Shown: piece after piece, positions 35,722-54,293 of the stretch
Numbering within the stretch: position 1 is the stretch's first letter
Layout of the letters: each line of letters opens with the position of its first letter
From: the human T2T-CHM13v2.0 reference genome, Homo sapiens
Direction: 5' to 3' (one strand)
Assembly: GCF_009914755.1 (NCBI RefSeq)
Contig: NC_060939.1
Length of the DNA: 64,000 bases
The notes under the pieces: generated by a model
What the model saw: the letters and a program-made list of their open reading frames with translations, nothing else
What the model was told of the DNA's origin: nothing
The model's database searches: none
Position numbers and translations under genes: made by a program

Positions 35722-35930
35722 ATTATATATATATATATATTATATATATATAAATTATATATATTATATATATTATATATATAAAAATTATATATATTAT
35801 ATATATTATATATATTATATATATAAATTATATATATAATATATATTATATATATTATATATATAAATTATATATATAATATATAAATTATATATAATAT
35901 ATATATTATATATATAAATTATATATATAA
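35722..35930. repeat. ~210-bp pure A/T (TA)n-like compound repeat
   Basis: Directly visible; no G or C. Confidence 0.95.
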
Positions 35931-36149
35931 TCACTGAAGATAACATCACAATAAAAAAATTGAACAGACACACGGAAACTCCATTCCCTGCATAAGCAAG
36001 TCAGCAGGCAAAATGAATAGGAGCATTGGGATCCATCCCAGGACCTGCAGACCTCTCCTCCTCAACAGGTGTGTGTAATATAGGTTTCCTACCGTGTACT
36101 TGGCTGTTGATCTAGATATTGCTTAAAAGGACAGTGAGATTGCATGAAA

Positions 36150-37040
36150 ACCACCACCTACAAAGATGATGAAAATTTTCATTATGAAATTTTGTATTTC
36201 ATTAAGTTTTAAGATATTTTGTAATGTTTTCCACATGAATGAAACTTTATCATATGTGACCCATTGCACTATTTGATCATATTATGTACAATTTGGGATT
36301 AATTTTCAAACCTAAGTATTGCTTTAAGAATTTGAGTAATGAGGCCGGGCACAGTGGCTCACATCTGTAATCCCAGCACTTTGGGAGGCTGAGGCGGGAG
36401 GATCACACTTGAGGCCAGGAGTTCGAGAGCAGCCTGGCCAATATGGTGAAACCCTGTTCCTACTAAAAATACAAAAATTAGCCAGCCAGGTGTGGTGGCA
36501 CACACCTGTAATCCCAGCTACTCAGGAGGCTGGGAGAATCATTTGAACTTGGTAGGCAGAGGTTGCAGTGAACCAGGGTCATGCCACTGCACTCCAGGCT
36601 GGGCTGGGCATTTTTTTTTTTTCTGGAAAAAAAAGAAAAGAAAAGAAAAGAATTCGAGTAATGATTCCAGTTGCTACCACCTCATCAGAGCAAAGTTTCT
36701 CTAAATTGAATTTAAATATATTTAAATATATATATAACAACTATTTTGTTGATTCAGGAAAGGTGTAACTTGGCTTTCCTATCATTTGAACATAAATCTA
36801 TGAAAATCTCATTATCTCAACATAATCAGTGATTTTGCTAAAGCAAAGGCAGGAAAAATAAATTTTACAGAATAAATAACAGTTTATGAAGTATGACTTT
36901 ATTATTCATGCAAACAACACCAACCCATCAACATCACACCCAGACATGAACAATAATTAAATTCAGCCATCTATGATATTTTGCCACGTTTCAATCATAT
37001 AAAAACTGTAACTTTATACATATTAGTTTGATTTATGACC
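36150..37040 (+). mobile_element. Fossil hAT (Tip100-group) transposase C-terminus, split by an Alu (36343-36647)
   Basis: With the Alu and one TSD copy removed (AAGAATTYGAGTAATGA 36326-36342 / 36648-36664), it reads FSNLSIALRI*VMIPVATTSSEQSFSKL, later FAKAKAGKINF, matching the hATC dimerisation motif. Confidence 0.75.
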
Positions 37041-37045
37041 TTTAC

Positions 37046-37520
<475 letters not shown>

Positions 37521-38701
37521 GATTTTTACATGTTTAGACATGTGGTCAGAGGGCCCTGGACACTGTCACTCTAAGAGGGTCGCTGGGAAAAAGGCCAAGC
37601 CTGGGGATCACAGCAGAGGACACACCTGGAGCAGCTGGGTCTGAGGGACTGGGCTCCCCTCTGAGGTCACGGTGCCCTTGCAGGGAGGGCCAGGCCAGCA
37701 GCAAAGACACACATCTCCAGGTTCTGTTGGACCAGGCCTCAATGGCGCCGCCACGTGGCAGCGTGGAGCAATGTCAGGAACCTGCTCTTCCCACACCAAG
37801 AAAACTTTGCACCAAGTCCCCAGGGATTTTTTTGGATTGATTGATTGATTTCTTGAGAATTCAAGGCAAGAGGGGACTGCCAGGGGAAGATATGGGGCTT
37901 TCTATTTTTAAGGCCAGTGAATACCAGAATGATTAATTTCAAAGATAATTTGCATTCTGAGTTTGTGGAGCGACACACCAAGAAGTAGATTGTTTTGTGC
38001 ACAGCAGCTGGGAGCAGGTGGCATAGAGGTTAAACCAGGGAACCTGGACCAGACCTGTGCTTATGTGCTGGCTCCATTACTGGTTAGTCGTGTGATGCCA
38101 GGCAAGTTCTGTGGTCTCTCCAAGTCTGTCTTCCCCCAAGTCAATGGGAGTCGTGGGCAGCCTCAAAGCCCCAGAGATGCTGTGATTGATTGAGACAAAC
38201 TTTGCTTGGCTCCTGCACTCAGTACGGGCTCTACCAATGTAGCTCTCTTTCCCTTCTCCTTCTTCTATCCCTAACCTCCCCCTCCTCCTCCTCCCTCGTA
38301 GATGGCAATCCTTGAGTGCTTGTTGGGTGAGTTAATGAATTTGGATGCAAGCCACCAAGGGCGATGGACTTGATCGGTTTCTCCAATCATCCTCGAATTG
38401 CCTGGATTCCTACCACACTCCGCCTTCCCCTCCTTAGTCAAGTGTGTTGGACTTTTCTGTCTTTGAGTACCCAGCACACTGTTCCCCAGCTGAGGGCCTC
38501 CTGTCTCAGTTTACAGAGAAAACAGAGGAATCGGGCACTTGCCTTCCTTCCCCCATCTTGCTGTCAGCCAGCATCCCTTCTCCTCTGCTTCCATGGGGCC
38601 AGCCCTGCCTTGTCCCTTCAGCTCACCATGTCTAAGAACTTCACTCCTGCAATTACCCTCCTCTCACAGTTGGGTTACCAAGTCATGTTACATATCTCCA
38701 C

Positions 38702-38883
38702 TCTTTCTTTTCTTTTCTTTCTCTTTCTTTCTTTCTTTTTCTTTCTCTCTTTCTTTTCTCTTTCTTTTCTTCTTTCTTTCTCTCTTTCCTTCTCTTTCTT
38801 TCTTTCTTTTTCTTTCTTCCTTTTTCCTCTCTCCCTCCCTCTCTCCTTTCTTTCTTTTTCCTCTCTCCTTCCCTCTCTCCTTC

Positions 38884-38944
<61 letters not shown>

Positions 38945-39868
38945 TTCCTTCCTTTCCTTCCTTCCTTCCTTCCTTCTTTATTTCTGTCAGGCCTCTGAGC
39001 CCAAGCTAAGCCATCATATCCCTTGTGACCTGCACATACATATCCAGATGGCCTGAAGCAACTGAAGAGCCACAAAAGAAGTGAAATAGCCTTAACTGAT
39101 GACATTCCACCATTGTGATTTGTTTCTGCGCACCCTAACTGATCAATGTACTTTGTAATTTCCCCCACCCTTAAGAAGTTTCTTTGTAATTCTCCCCACC
39201 CTTGAGAATTTACTTTGTGAGATCCACCCCTTGCTCACAAAACATTGCTCCTAACTCCACCGCCTATCCCAAAACCTATAAGAACTAGTGACAATCCCAT
39301 CACCCTTTGCTGACTCTCTTTTCGGACTCAGCCTCCCTGCACCCAGGTGAAATAAACAGCCTTGTTGCTCACGCAAAGCCTGTTTGCTGGTCTCTTCACA
39401 TGGACACATGAGACTCCTTCTTTTCTTTTCTTTTCTTTTCTTTTCTTTTCTTTTCCTTTCTTTCTTTCTTTCTTTCTCTCTCTCCTTCCTTCCTCTTTCT
39501 TTCTTTCTTTCTTTCTCTCCTTCCTTCCTCTTTCTTTCTTCTTTCTTTCTTTCTTTTTTCTTTCTTTTTTTGACAGTCTCACTCTGTCACCCAGGCTGAA
39601 GTGCAGTGGCACGATCTCGGCTCACTGAAGTTTCTGCTTCCCTGGTTCAAGCGATTATCCTGCCTCAGACTCCCGAGTAGCTGGGATTACAGGCATGTGC
39701 CTCCATGCCTGGCTAATTTTTTTTTTTTTTTTTTTTTTTTTGTATTTTTAGTACAGATGGAGTTTCACTATGTTGGACAGGCTGGTCTTGAACTCCTGAC
39801 CTCTGGTGATCCACCTGCCTTGGCCTCCCAGAGTGCTGGGATTACAGGCATGAGCCACTGTGCCTGGC
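38702..39868 (-). mobile_element. AluS (39570-39868) with a greatly expanded (CTTT/CCTT)n tail (38702-38984 and 39416-39570) split by LTR7B
   Basis: Polypyrimidine tract continuous with the Alu tail on both sides of the LTR. Confidence 0.8.
38985..39414 (+). mobile_element. Solo HERV-H LTR (LTR7B-like)
   Basis: Starts TGTCAGGCCTCTGAGCCCAAGCTAAGCC; three internal ctttgt..cccaccc repeats; TATAA 39277-39281; AATAAA 39351-39356; no internal proviral sequence. Confidence 0.92.
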
Positions 39869-40742
39869 CTCCGCTCACTTCCAAACTTGCTCCAAGTCTT
39901 CAACGTTTCAAACAAAACAGCAGTGGTGCCCAGGCTCTCTGGAAGCCAGGCCATCCTCCCAAGTTGGCCCACTCCTCCACCCCTTCCTGCTCGCTTGCCC
40001 TGCCCTGCTGCCTTCCCGTCCTTCTTTTCTCCACTGCTTTGTGTGAGCTTCTGAAGTCTCCTGTCCCTAGAAACTGCCCTTTGTCAAGGTCATGAATAAG
40101 CCCTGGGGCCAAATCAAGGGGTGGAAAATGGAGACAGGCAAGGGAGGCAGAGCTCAGGGAAGAGGGAGAGGGAGTGGCCTTGTGAGTGTGGACTGAGCTC
40201 AAATTCTAGCCAGGGCCTTCCAGGAGACCTTGGTCTTCCCACTGGTCTTCCTCCTTTCTTGACCTCTCACAGCCTCATCCCCCACCCATTGACTCCAAAC
40301 CCGTGTCTGTGACACCCTTGTTTCAACTTCTTGTCCTTGTGTCAGGGACCCAGGAGTCCCCGAACTGGAGACGTTACTGAACTTGTGATGGACTTTCCTA
40401 ACTGGCTGCAAGGAGCCTCTGGTGGGGAGGGTGTCCTGGGGGGGGAAACGATGTGGAGGGAATATCATTAGCTCCCCATGGCCCCTCACTTTCCTGGCAG
40501 AGACTCCAAGGACGGGGTGCAGCAGCAAGTCTCATCCCCTCCACGCTGTGGCTGGTCCTCAGGGCCAGGGCACCCTGCCCTTGAGACCTCTTCCCACGTG
40601 TCAGCTCATCCTGGAACACCCAGAAGCAAAACAGGATCAGGCTTCTTGGAGTTTTCTTTCCAGTAAGGAGCTGGTCACTGACCAGCAGTGCACACTGAGC
40701 AGAAATTGCCATTGGTTTCTTTTTTAGGGATAGAGAGAGCAA

Positions 40743-40748
40743 GTGTGT

Positions 40749-40782
<34 letters not shown>
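40743..40782. repeat. (TG)n microsatellite
   Basis: Directly visible. Confidence 0.95.
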
Positions 40783-42109
40783 TGTAATCAGTGAATCAAA
40801 AAGATTCAAAGAGGAGAGAGTAGTGACTCCACCAGAGCTCAGAAAGAGGAGGAGGAAGAGGAGGAGGTAGCGGTGGCCATGGCCCAGCTTGTCAAGGAGC
40901 CGGCTGGTGCTCCTGAATCACGGAGGGCCTCCCATCCACCCACGCCGTCACCAGCAGGTGGGGACCGTCAGCCACTTTCTGGCAAATCTCAGCAAGTCAG
41001 CACGGCAAGTTGAAAGAAGGAGCCAGTACCTCTCCAGGACAGCCTTCCCTCCAGGGCCTGCTGGGGAAGAAGGAGCCTGGGAGCTGACTTCAGGCAGCGA
41101 AGTAGTAGGCTTGCAGGGCGGGAGAAGGCCCTGAAGCCCTGGCTCAGCCCTGGCGAGTCGGGCTCCACGGGGTGCTTGTCCTGGGCCTCGGCTTCCACAT
41201 ACAGGAGGTGCTGGCTGTGCCGCCTGACCCCTGAGCCGCGGGGATTAGATGACTTGCCCCGGGTCCTATTACTGGGACTTTTCAGAACCCAGCGGGACCC
41301 CGGGCCTCAGACCTGGCTGCTCTTCTGGGCACCAAGCACTGCCACTTCTCTCACGTTCTGACTGCCCCAGGCCCCTTCTCTTTTGGGACCAGTGCTGTTG
41401 AGCCTCCGAGGGTCCAGGAACCGGGTGTGGTGAGGTGCAGGGGTCCTGACTATGGGTCTGACTCTGGATGGCGGCAGGACAGCATTCCTGGGCCCAATCC
41501 CCTTCCCCTGCCTGCCTGCTCTGTCCCTGCTCCAGCTTGCGCGCCTCCACCCCCTGCTATCCCCTACTTTTAGCTGTCCTCTCACCCTCTCCACCCTGCC
41601 CCAGATCCTCCCTCACACACACAGGTTCTAGGCTGGCGGCTGGTTTGGTTGTCTCCCCCATGCTCTTGGAACCCCTAGGTGCCAGGTTATCATATCCGAC
41701 CAAGAACAAAATCCACCCAGCAGTGAGCTGTGAGCACTTTCTGTTTGGTTGCTGAAGCATGAATTTGTTAGAAATAACGGCGGCTGACACCACAGTACGG
41801 CCCCTCAGCCACTCCTCCTACACGGTGGAACCTTCTGGAAGGCTGGATATGAGCTACGCCTGCCTCTTTTCTTGGTTCCTCCTGCTGCCCCCAAGAGCTG
41901 ACTGCCTCTGGGGCTCACCCTTGGGTCAGAGCTGATGCCCTGAGGTTCAGGTATTGGCCCTGTCATTCTGGGAGCAGGTGTTTTCTTCCCACGCATCTGT
42001 CTGTCCCAGTTGCTCCAGGTCCACAGCCATGAGCAGAGCCATGACAGGGGCCGCTGCTGTCCATGAGAAGCACAGAACTTCTGGCTGGGGGTTGCCTCTT
42101 CCCTTCCAG

Positions 42110-42330
42110 GTATTAATTATAATAACTGAAATGTGCTTAACGCATGCTGGCCTCTACTTAAGCACTTTACATATATTAATCCATGCAATCATGCTACAAA
42201 ATGGATGCCACTATCATTCCCATTCTACAGATGAGAAAACATAGGCTCAGTGCAACTGTCTAACTTGCCAGGGTTACCCATCCATCCAGAGATCAGCAGA
42301 ACTGGGCCACCCAACTGGCTGGCCTGAGTC
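42110..42330 (-). mobile_element. MIR
   Basis: MIR core cccattctacagatgagaaaacataggctcag. Confidence 0.7.
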
Positions 42331-43888
42331 TTGTCTTCTATCTGCCTCTCAGGATGGCCATCCATCCACATGACCATGTGGCTTTCAAAGAACCTGGAAA
42401 AAGACACCTGTTCCAGGTGGAACAGGCACTATCTGCCTGTTCATGTGGGCATAAGCAGCCCACCTGTGGGGACTGCTTGGTTCTCCAGCCTTCCACACAT
42501 CCAGTGCCCACGATATGCCCATATACCATATACTGTAAAGTGCTTGGGGAAAACCTTATTCTTGGGCCCCTGGCAAGGTCCTTGCCTGACTTCTCCTTAG
42601 GATGGGTGAGGGGAAGTAGCCTGGAGGGTCTACGTCCTGGCCTGGGGTGGAGATGTCACCTGGACTCTTGGCAGTGGGGGTTTCCACCCCCAGGATAAGC
42701 TTACTACCTGAGTCCTATAGGTTGCAAGTATGCTTATGATTTTCCTCTCAACCTCACATAACATTATGTAGGCTTTGGAGTCCAGAACCTGCTAACAGTT
42801 GAAAGAGCCACGTTGCAAGTAACTGTGCGGACTTATCCTGACCTTATGCAACAGATTCTACCGTGAATATGGAATAATGTGGAGTCACTCAGCAAATGCG
42901 CCCTGAAGGCCCACTGGGCATTGGAGAAGCAAAGGTGAGCAAGAGAGACACAAAACCCTGTCCTCGGGTTGCTTGGAGTCTAACAGGGCATTGAGCACCA
43001 TGAGGGCCACGCTGTTTTGAGGACACACTCTGGACATTATTCATGAATAGCTTGGTTTATTACTGAGAAAAGTATACAGTGTAGGGTTCCCCTGCCTCTC
43101 TGGCTGTTTGTCAAGACAGTGAACAGCCGCCGGGCCTCCTTTTCAACAAACCAGCCAGCGCTGTGATGAACTCCGCCCCACGTGCACCTGGGCAAGGCTC
43201 TGTCACGAGGTTCTCTCCATCACTGTGTGGCTAGGCAGGACAGAAGGAGGGAGAGAAAGCAGCCATGCCTGGGTTCTCCCAAACCTTTGACATGCCCGGG
43301 TTCTCCCCAGCCTTTGATGTGGCAGAAAACAGCTCTCTGTAAGGCAGACAGCTGCACAGACAGAAAGCCCTGCTATTTGTCAGGGGCTGCCATAGACTGA
43401 GGCTGCACACTGAGAACCCTGTGTTCTGAATGCTGGCGCAGGCCTTAGGGGGATGCAACCCCACCTTCCTCTGGCTCGGGACCCCAAAATATGGGCTGGG
43501 CATGGGTGAGAGAAAGGATACTCTTTCATTGCCCACCTCCACCCCTGTTCCCCACGAAACAGATGGAAGATCAGCAGACTCGAGGGATCTGCTGGGCAAT
43601 GAGCTTTTCTGCCTCAGTGGGTTTTCGCTGGAGTCTGGGGAATGGAGCATCCCTTGCAGGGATGGAGAGGACTCAGATTCAGGAAGCAGGGACATGGAAA
43701 TGGCCCTATGGTGCCATTCAAACCGAGGCAAAGGCCAAGGGGGATGTAGGCTTCCCTGCCTATTGTCTCAGCGTCACCCTAACACAGCGGAGAGGGCACT
43801 CACTGTTTGTCTCCAGAAAACCAGACCCCTGTGAGGTCAAGTGGCCCATCCAAGGTCAGTGCCCTGCTTGCTTACTCGTGATCCTCTC

Positions 43889-44415
43889 TGTACTAGTCAG
43901 GGTTCTCCAGAGAGACAGGGCTAATGGAATATAGATATATAGACGTAGATCTGTAGAAAAAAGAGACAGAATGTATTAGGGGAATTGGCTCACACAATTA
44001 TGGAGGCTAAGAAGTCCCATGACAGACCATCGACATGCTGGAGACCCTGGGACGCTAGTGGCGTGGCTCAGTGCAAATCTGAAGACCTAAGAACCTTGGT
44101 GGGCTGCTGGTGTAAGTCCTGGAGTCCTACGTCAGGAAAGCCTTGAGTTTTTATGTCCAAGGGCAGGAGAACAGTGTATTCCAGCTCTAGGAGAGACAGC
44201 AACCAATTTATCTTTTCTGTTTGTTCTATTCGGGCCTTCATCCAATTGGATGGCACCCACACACATCGAGGGCAGATCTTCCCCCCCTCGTCCACTCAAA
44301 CTCATGCCAATCTCCTCTGCAAACACCCTCACAGGCATGCCCCAAAATAATGCTTAACCAGTTCTCTAGGTATTCTTTAATCCAGCCAAATGGACACCTG
44401 ACGTTAACCATCACA
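43889..44415 (-). mobile_element. MLT2B-like ERVL solo LTR
   Basis: tgtactagtcagggttctccagagagacag...ttaaccatcaca. Confidence 0.82.
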
Positions 44416-45149
44416 CGGTGTCGTCTATGTCAAGTTCACTAAGGAGGATAAATCATCCTACAGTATGCATCAGAAAGGTGTTTGGGGAAAACCGGACTTG
44501 TTGGAAGGAACTGTGGGCTCATCCAAGGGTTTGCCAGTGTAGCAAGTGAGTTGTGCTCTTCACGCTGGGTTGTTGGCACTCGCTGGTCTCCCTCCCACTG
44601 CTGCTAACCTGGGATCCTCCAACCCTTGATGACGATGCCACTCAGGGGTCTGCTGGGCCACTCTCCCTGTGATATTCACAAGTGGGGACTTGAACCCCTG
44701 ACTGGTGATTTGTGGGGGGCTTGCCGCTGTAGGATCCTCTTTCCACCCCTCTGAGTGGACGAGAAGGAGCAGGACAGGGAGCTGGCATTGTGTCCCTGGT
44801 GGCTCCTTCCAGGTGGGCAGCGGGGAAGGGCTGCCCAGCCAGTCAGGGCAAGTGGGAGCTCAGGGCTGGGTTGATGGCCAAGGCTGTGAGGCTCAGAGCA
44901 GATGCCTTGAGCCTTCCTGCATGAGCCCTTGGGCCAGATGGAGTAGGTAAGCAAGGATCTCAGTCACACAAGGTAGTGTCCACCATGACTTCTGCCTCCT
45001 GTCAGCCACCCTCCCTCCAAGCCAGGTCTGCTGCTGGTAATCAAAAGAAGTAGGGTTTGTCAGAATTTCTGTTTGTGGGGCATAAACTTGTAGCACTACC
45101 ACAGCAAAAGCATTTGTGTGTGCAGTTGTGTTCTTCATACATTTCATCT

Positions 45150-46340
<1,191 letters not shown>

Positions 46341-47822
46341 GCCATTAAGAACTAATATACTACATTTGCATTTTAGAGAATAATTCCTATACTGCATGCA
46401 AGAAATTGGTGTATCTCAATTTAACTTGCTTGCAAAGACTTCAGAGTCTTATTGCACAAACAACAGTATCTAAGAGAATAAAAGTCAGCGAAGCCTTAAA
46501 GGAGCTGATCAAGTGACAGTATGATGACAATAAAATCACAACAGGGTGTGGCTGCTCACACCAAAGCAAGGGGGTCCGTGGGACTGTCAAAACTGCCCTA
46601 GTTTCTATTATAAAAAGCCCCCTCCCTTTGCCAATTACAAAATGAGCAGCCTGCCCTGCCCTCTCTCATTCCCGTTGCAATGGGCATGGCAATGCCAAGG
46701 GGGCATCCTCCCTTCACATTTGTGCAGGGCAAGAACCAAATTCCTTGATTCTTGGAGCTCCAGAACTCCAAACAGTGAGGGGCCTATAAGGTACCCCCAG
46801 CATGGTCCCTTCCCGTGGACCTCAAAGGAAGAGCGTGATCCTCTCTGACAGGATGCCACTGACTGCAAGCCACAGAATGTCTGGTCATCAGTGGTATCTG
46901 TGATAATGACTCTGAGGGACGCCCCTTTGCCAAGGCTCAGGAATGCTCCCACGGGCTGCCGGGCCTATTCAGCATGTCTGGGGTTTGGGGTTTCTCCCTC
47001 ATAAATCACGGAGGGCTGCTCCCACCCCCAGCACTTCACACCGCACAGGGCCCCAGCAGGAGGGAAAGTGTGCTTTTTCCTCACCACCTGGAAAAGCTCT
47101 CACTGTAACACTCCCCTTCCTGCTCACTGCATCACATGCCCACCCTGAGCCAGTCACAGGAAAGCCCAACACCAAGCCAATCCCGATTCCCCGGGCGTCC
47201 TGGGCACACATCATTAAAGAAAAAGGCAATGGTGTGGAAACAGGTAACCCTCAGTGTCATGTTTCGTAGGCTCCAGGTACAAACCATTCCCATGGAAAGA
47301 CTAAGCCTCTACAAAGGATTTGGCCCAGTCAGCGTAACCCTGGGGAATCTTGAAAATATCTCAAGCTGGTCCATAGGACACGGAGGTCACTGCCCCAGCT
47401 CTGGGTGGGTTTCTGAGTGTGGACCTGGATGGCTCCCAAGGCTCTTTGGGGATGCTCAGATAGTATCTCCAGCAGCACCTGCAAGTCAGCAGAAGATGAG
47501 GGAGCTTCCGGAAGCATATAGACCTAGATGCTAAGATCAAACCCCAGACCACAGAGAACCTACCACAGCAGAGAGTGGCACTGTTTAGATCTTCTGACTT
47601 CCACTGTCACCTGCCTTAGAGACAGGTGAATGCCAGGAGAGGTTAGCTGCTGATGCCTGAGAAATCTATCAAAGGAAAAGGTGGGCTTGTCCCAGGAAGC
47701 CTAGGGCATGATTCTCTAAACAGCAGGCAGAATTACAGAATCTTGGTGCCAAAGGAACCTTCAGAATTAACTAATCCAGGGTTTGTCAAGTTTTTTTGAT
47801 GACGAACAAATAGATTGCACTA

Positions 47823-48815
<993 letters not shown>

Positions 48816-48989
48816 CTAAACAATGGTTACACACAAACAATACTTACTCTTTTATTCTATTTCATTTACACTTTAAGCACCATTAAAACAATTTCAAACC
48901 CATGGTGGGTAGCAACGCACAATGTGGACACTCCTCTTCCCACCCTGGTGATCCCCACAACAGACCACTGGATGTCCGTAAGAAAGAAG

Positions 48990-52490
<3,501 letters not shown>

Positions 52491-53550
52491 CTCTTCTGCC
52501 CACTGACAGATAAAGCAATCGAAACCCAAAGAAGGAAAGTGAGTCCTGTGATGTAACACAGCCAAGTCACAGCAGAGTTCATTGCTGAACTAGAGCTTCC
52601 CCGCTGGCTCCTGGGCCAAGCCCTTTCTATTCCCCCCCATGCTCATAGGCAGGGAAGTTGGAAAAAAGAAGCAATACGAGTAGGAATAATTTCTTCTGTT
52701 GCTTGAGAAAAGCCTGGTAGCAGCCCTAAGACATTAGAATATGATGAGACCGTTCATGACAAATGATGATCATTTGTGGGATATACTGTTTATGTAGTGT
52801 TTAGGGAAGAAATATTTGTTCTGCCATGTATGTGCATTACATTACATAAAAGGACAGGCAGGGAATCCCTCCTTTCCACACCCTGCCCTGTTTGGCACCA
52901 AACGCCTGTTCTGTTTTGAAAGGTTCGTAGATAACCAATCAGGGCTGTGTTATAGTGTGTCAGGACAGCAATACTAAAAAGCCATTTGCAAGTTCAAATA
53001 TATTAAAGTTGTCTCTTTCCCACACATACAAAATGAGCAAAGCTTTCATTATTCATCAAATGAAAAAATTAAGCCCTGCAATTATCTGTCTATGGCCCCA
53101 GGATAGGCTGTGCATCATTTAATCAGATGTTACTACGTGAAGCCGCAGACTACGTCTGGCCACGAACAGACATAAAAGAAGGGCTAGTTGATCAAAAAAA
53201 GAACAAAACCAACTTCCAGGTCTTAATATCCAATGTTGCTTTGCCTGAAAACTTCTGAGCCTTAAAACTCAGCTGGAGTTTACAAGGAGGAAGGGAGATT
53301 CCAGAAGGTGATAACTGGGCCCCTGACACAAAAGCCAAATACAACAAAGCTAATGAAATCTTTCTCATAACCAAACTGGCAGGGCCCCCGCCTTGCTTTT
53401 TTTGAGAGGATCCATAGGGCTCTGTGTTTATATTTGAGGATTTGTCTGAAATCCTAGAGGCTTAGAGCTAGTGGGCAGAGCTTGGTGAGGCCCATGTGTC
53501 ATCAAGGGCAGGAATTGGCACTCCTTGCTTTAGCTCAAATCCAGTCCTAG

Positions 53551-54293
<743 letters not shown>

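Noticed and set aside
38364-39628. Phe/Leu/Ser-rich 'membrane' and Lys/Glu/Arg-rich ORFs (also at 8156-8612 and 52037-52582)
   Set aside because: Translations of (CTTT)n/(GAAA)n Alu-tail microsatellites.
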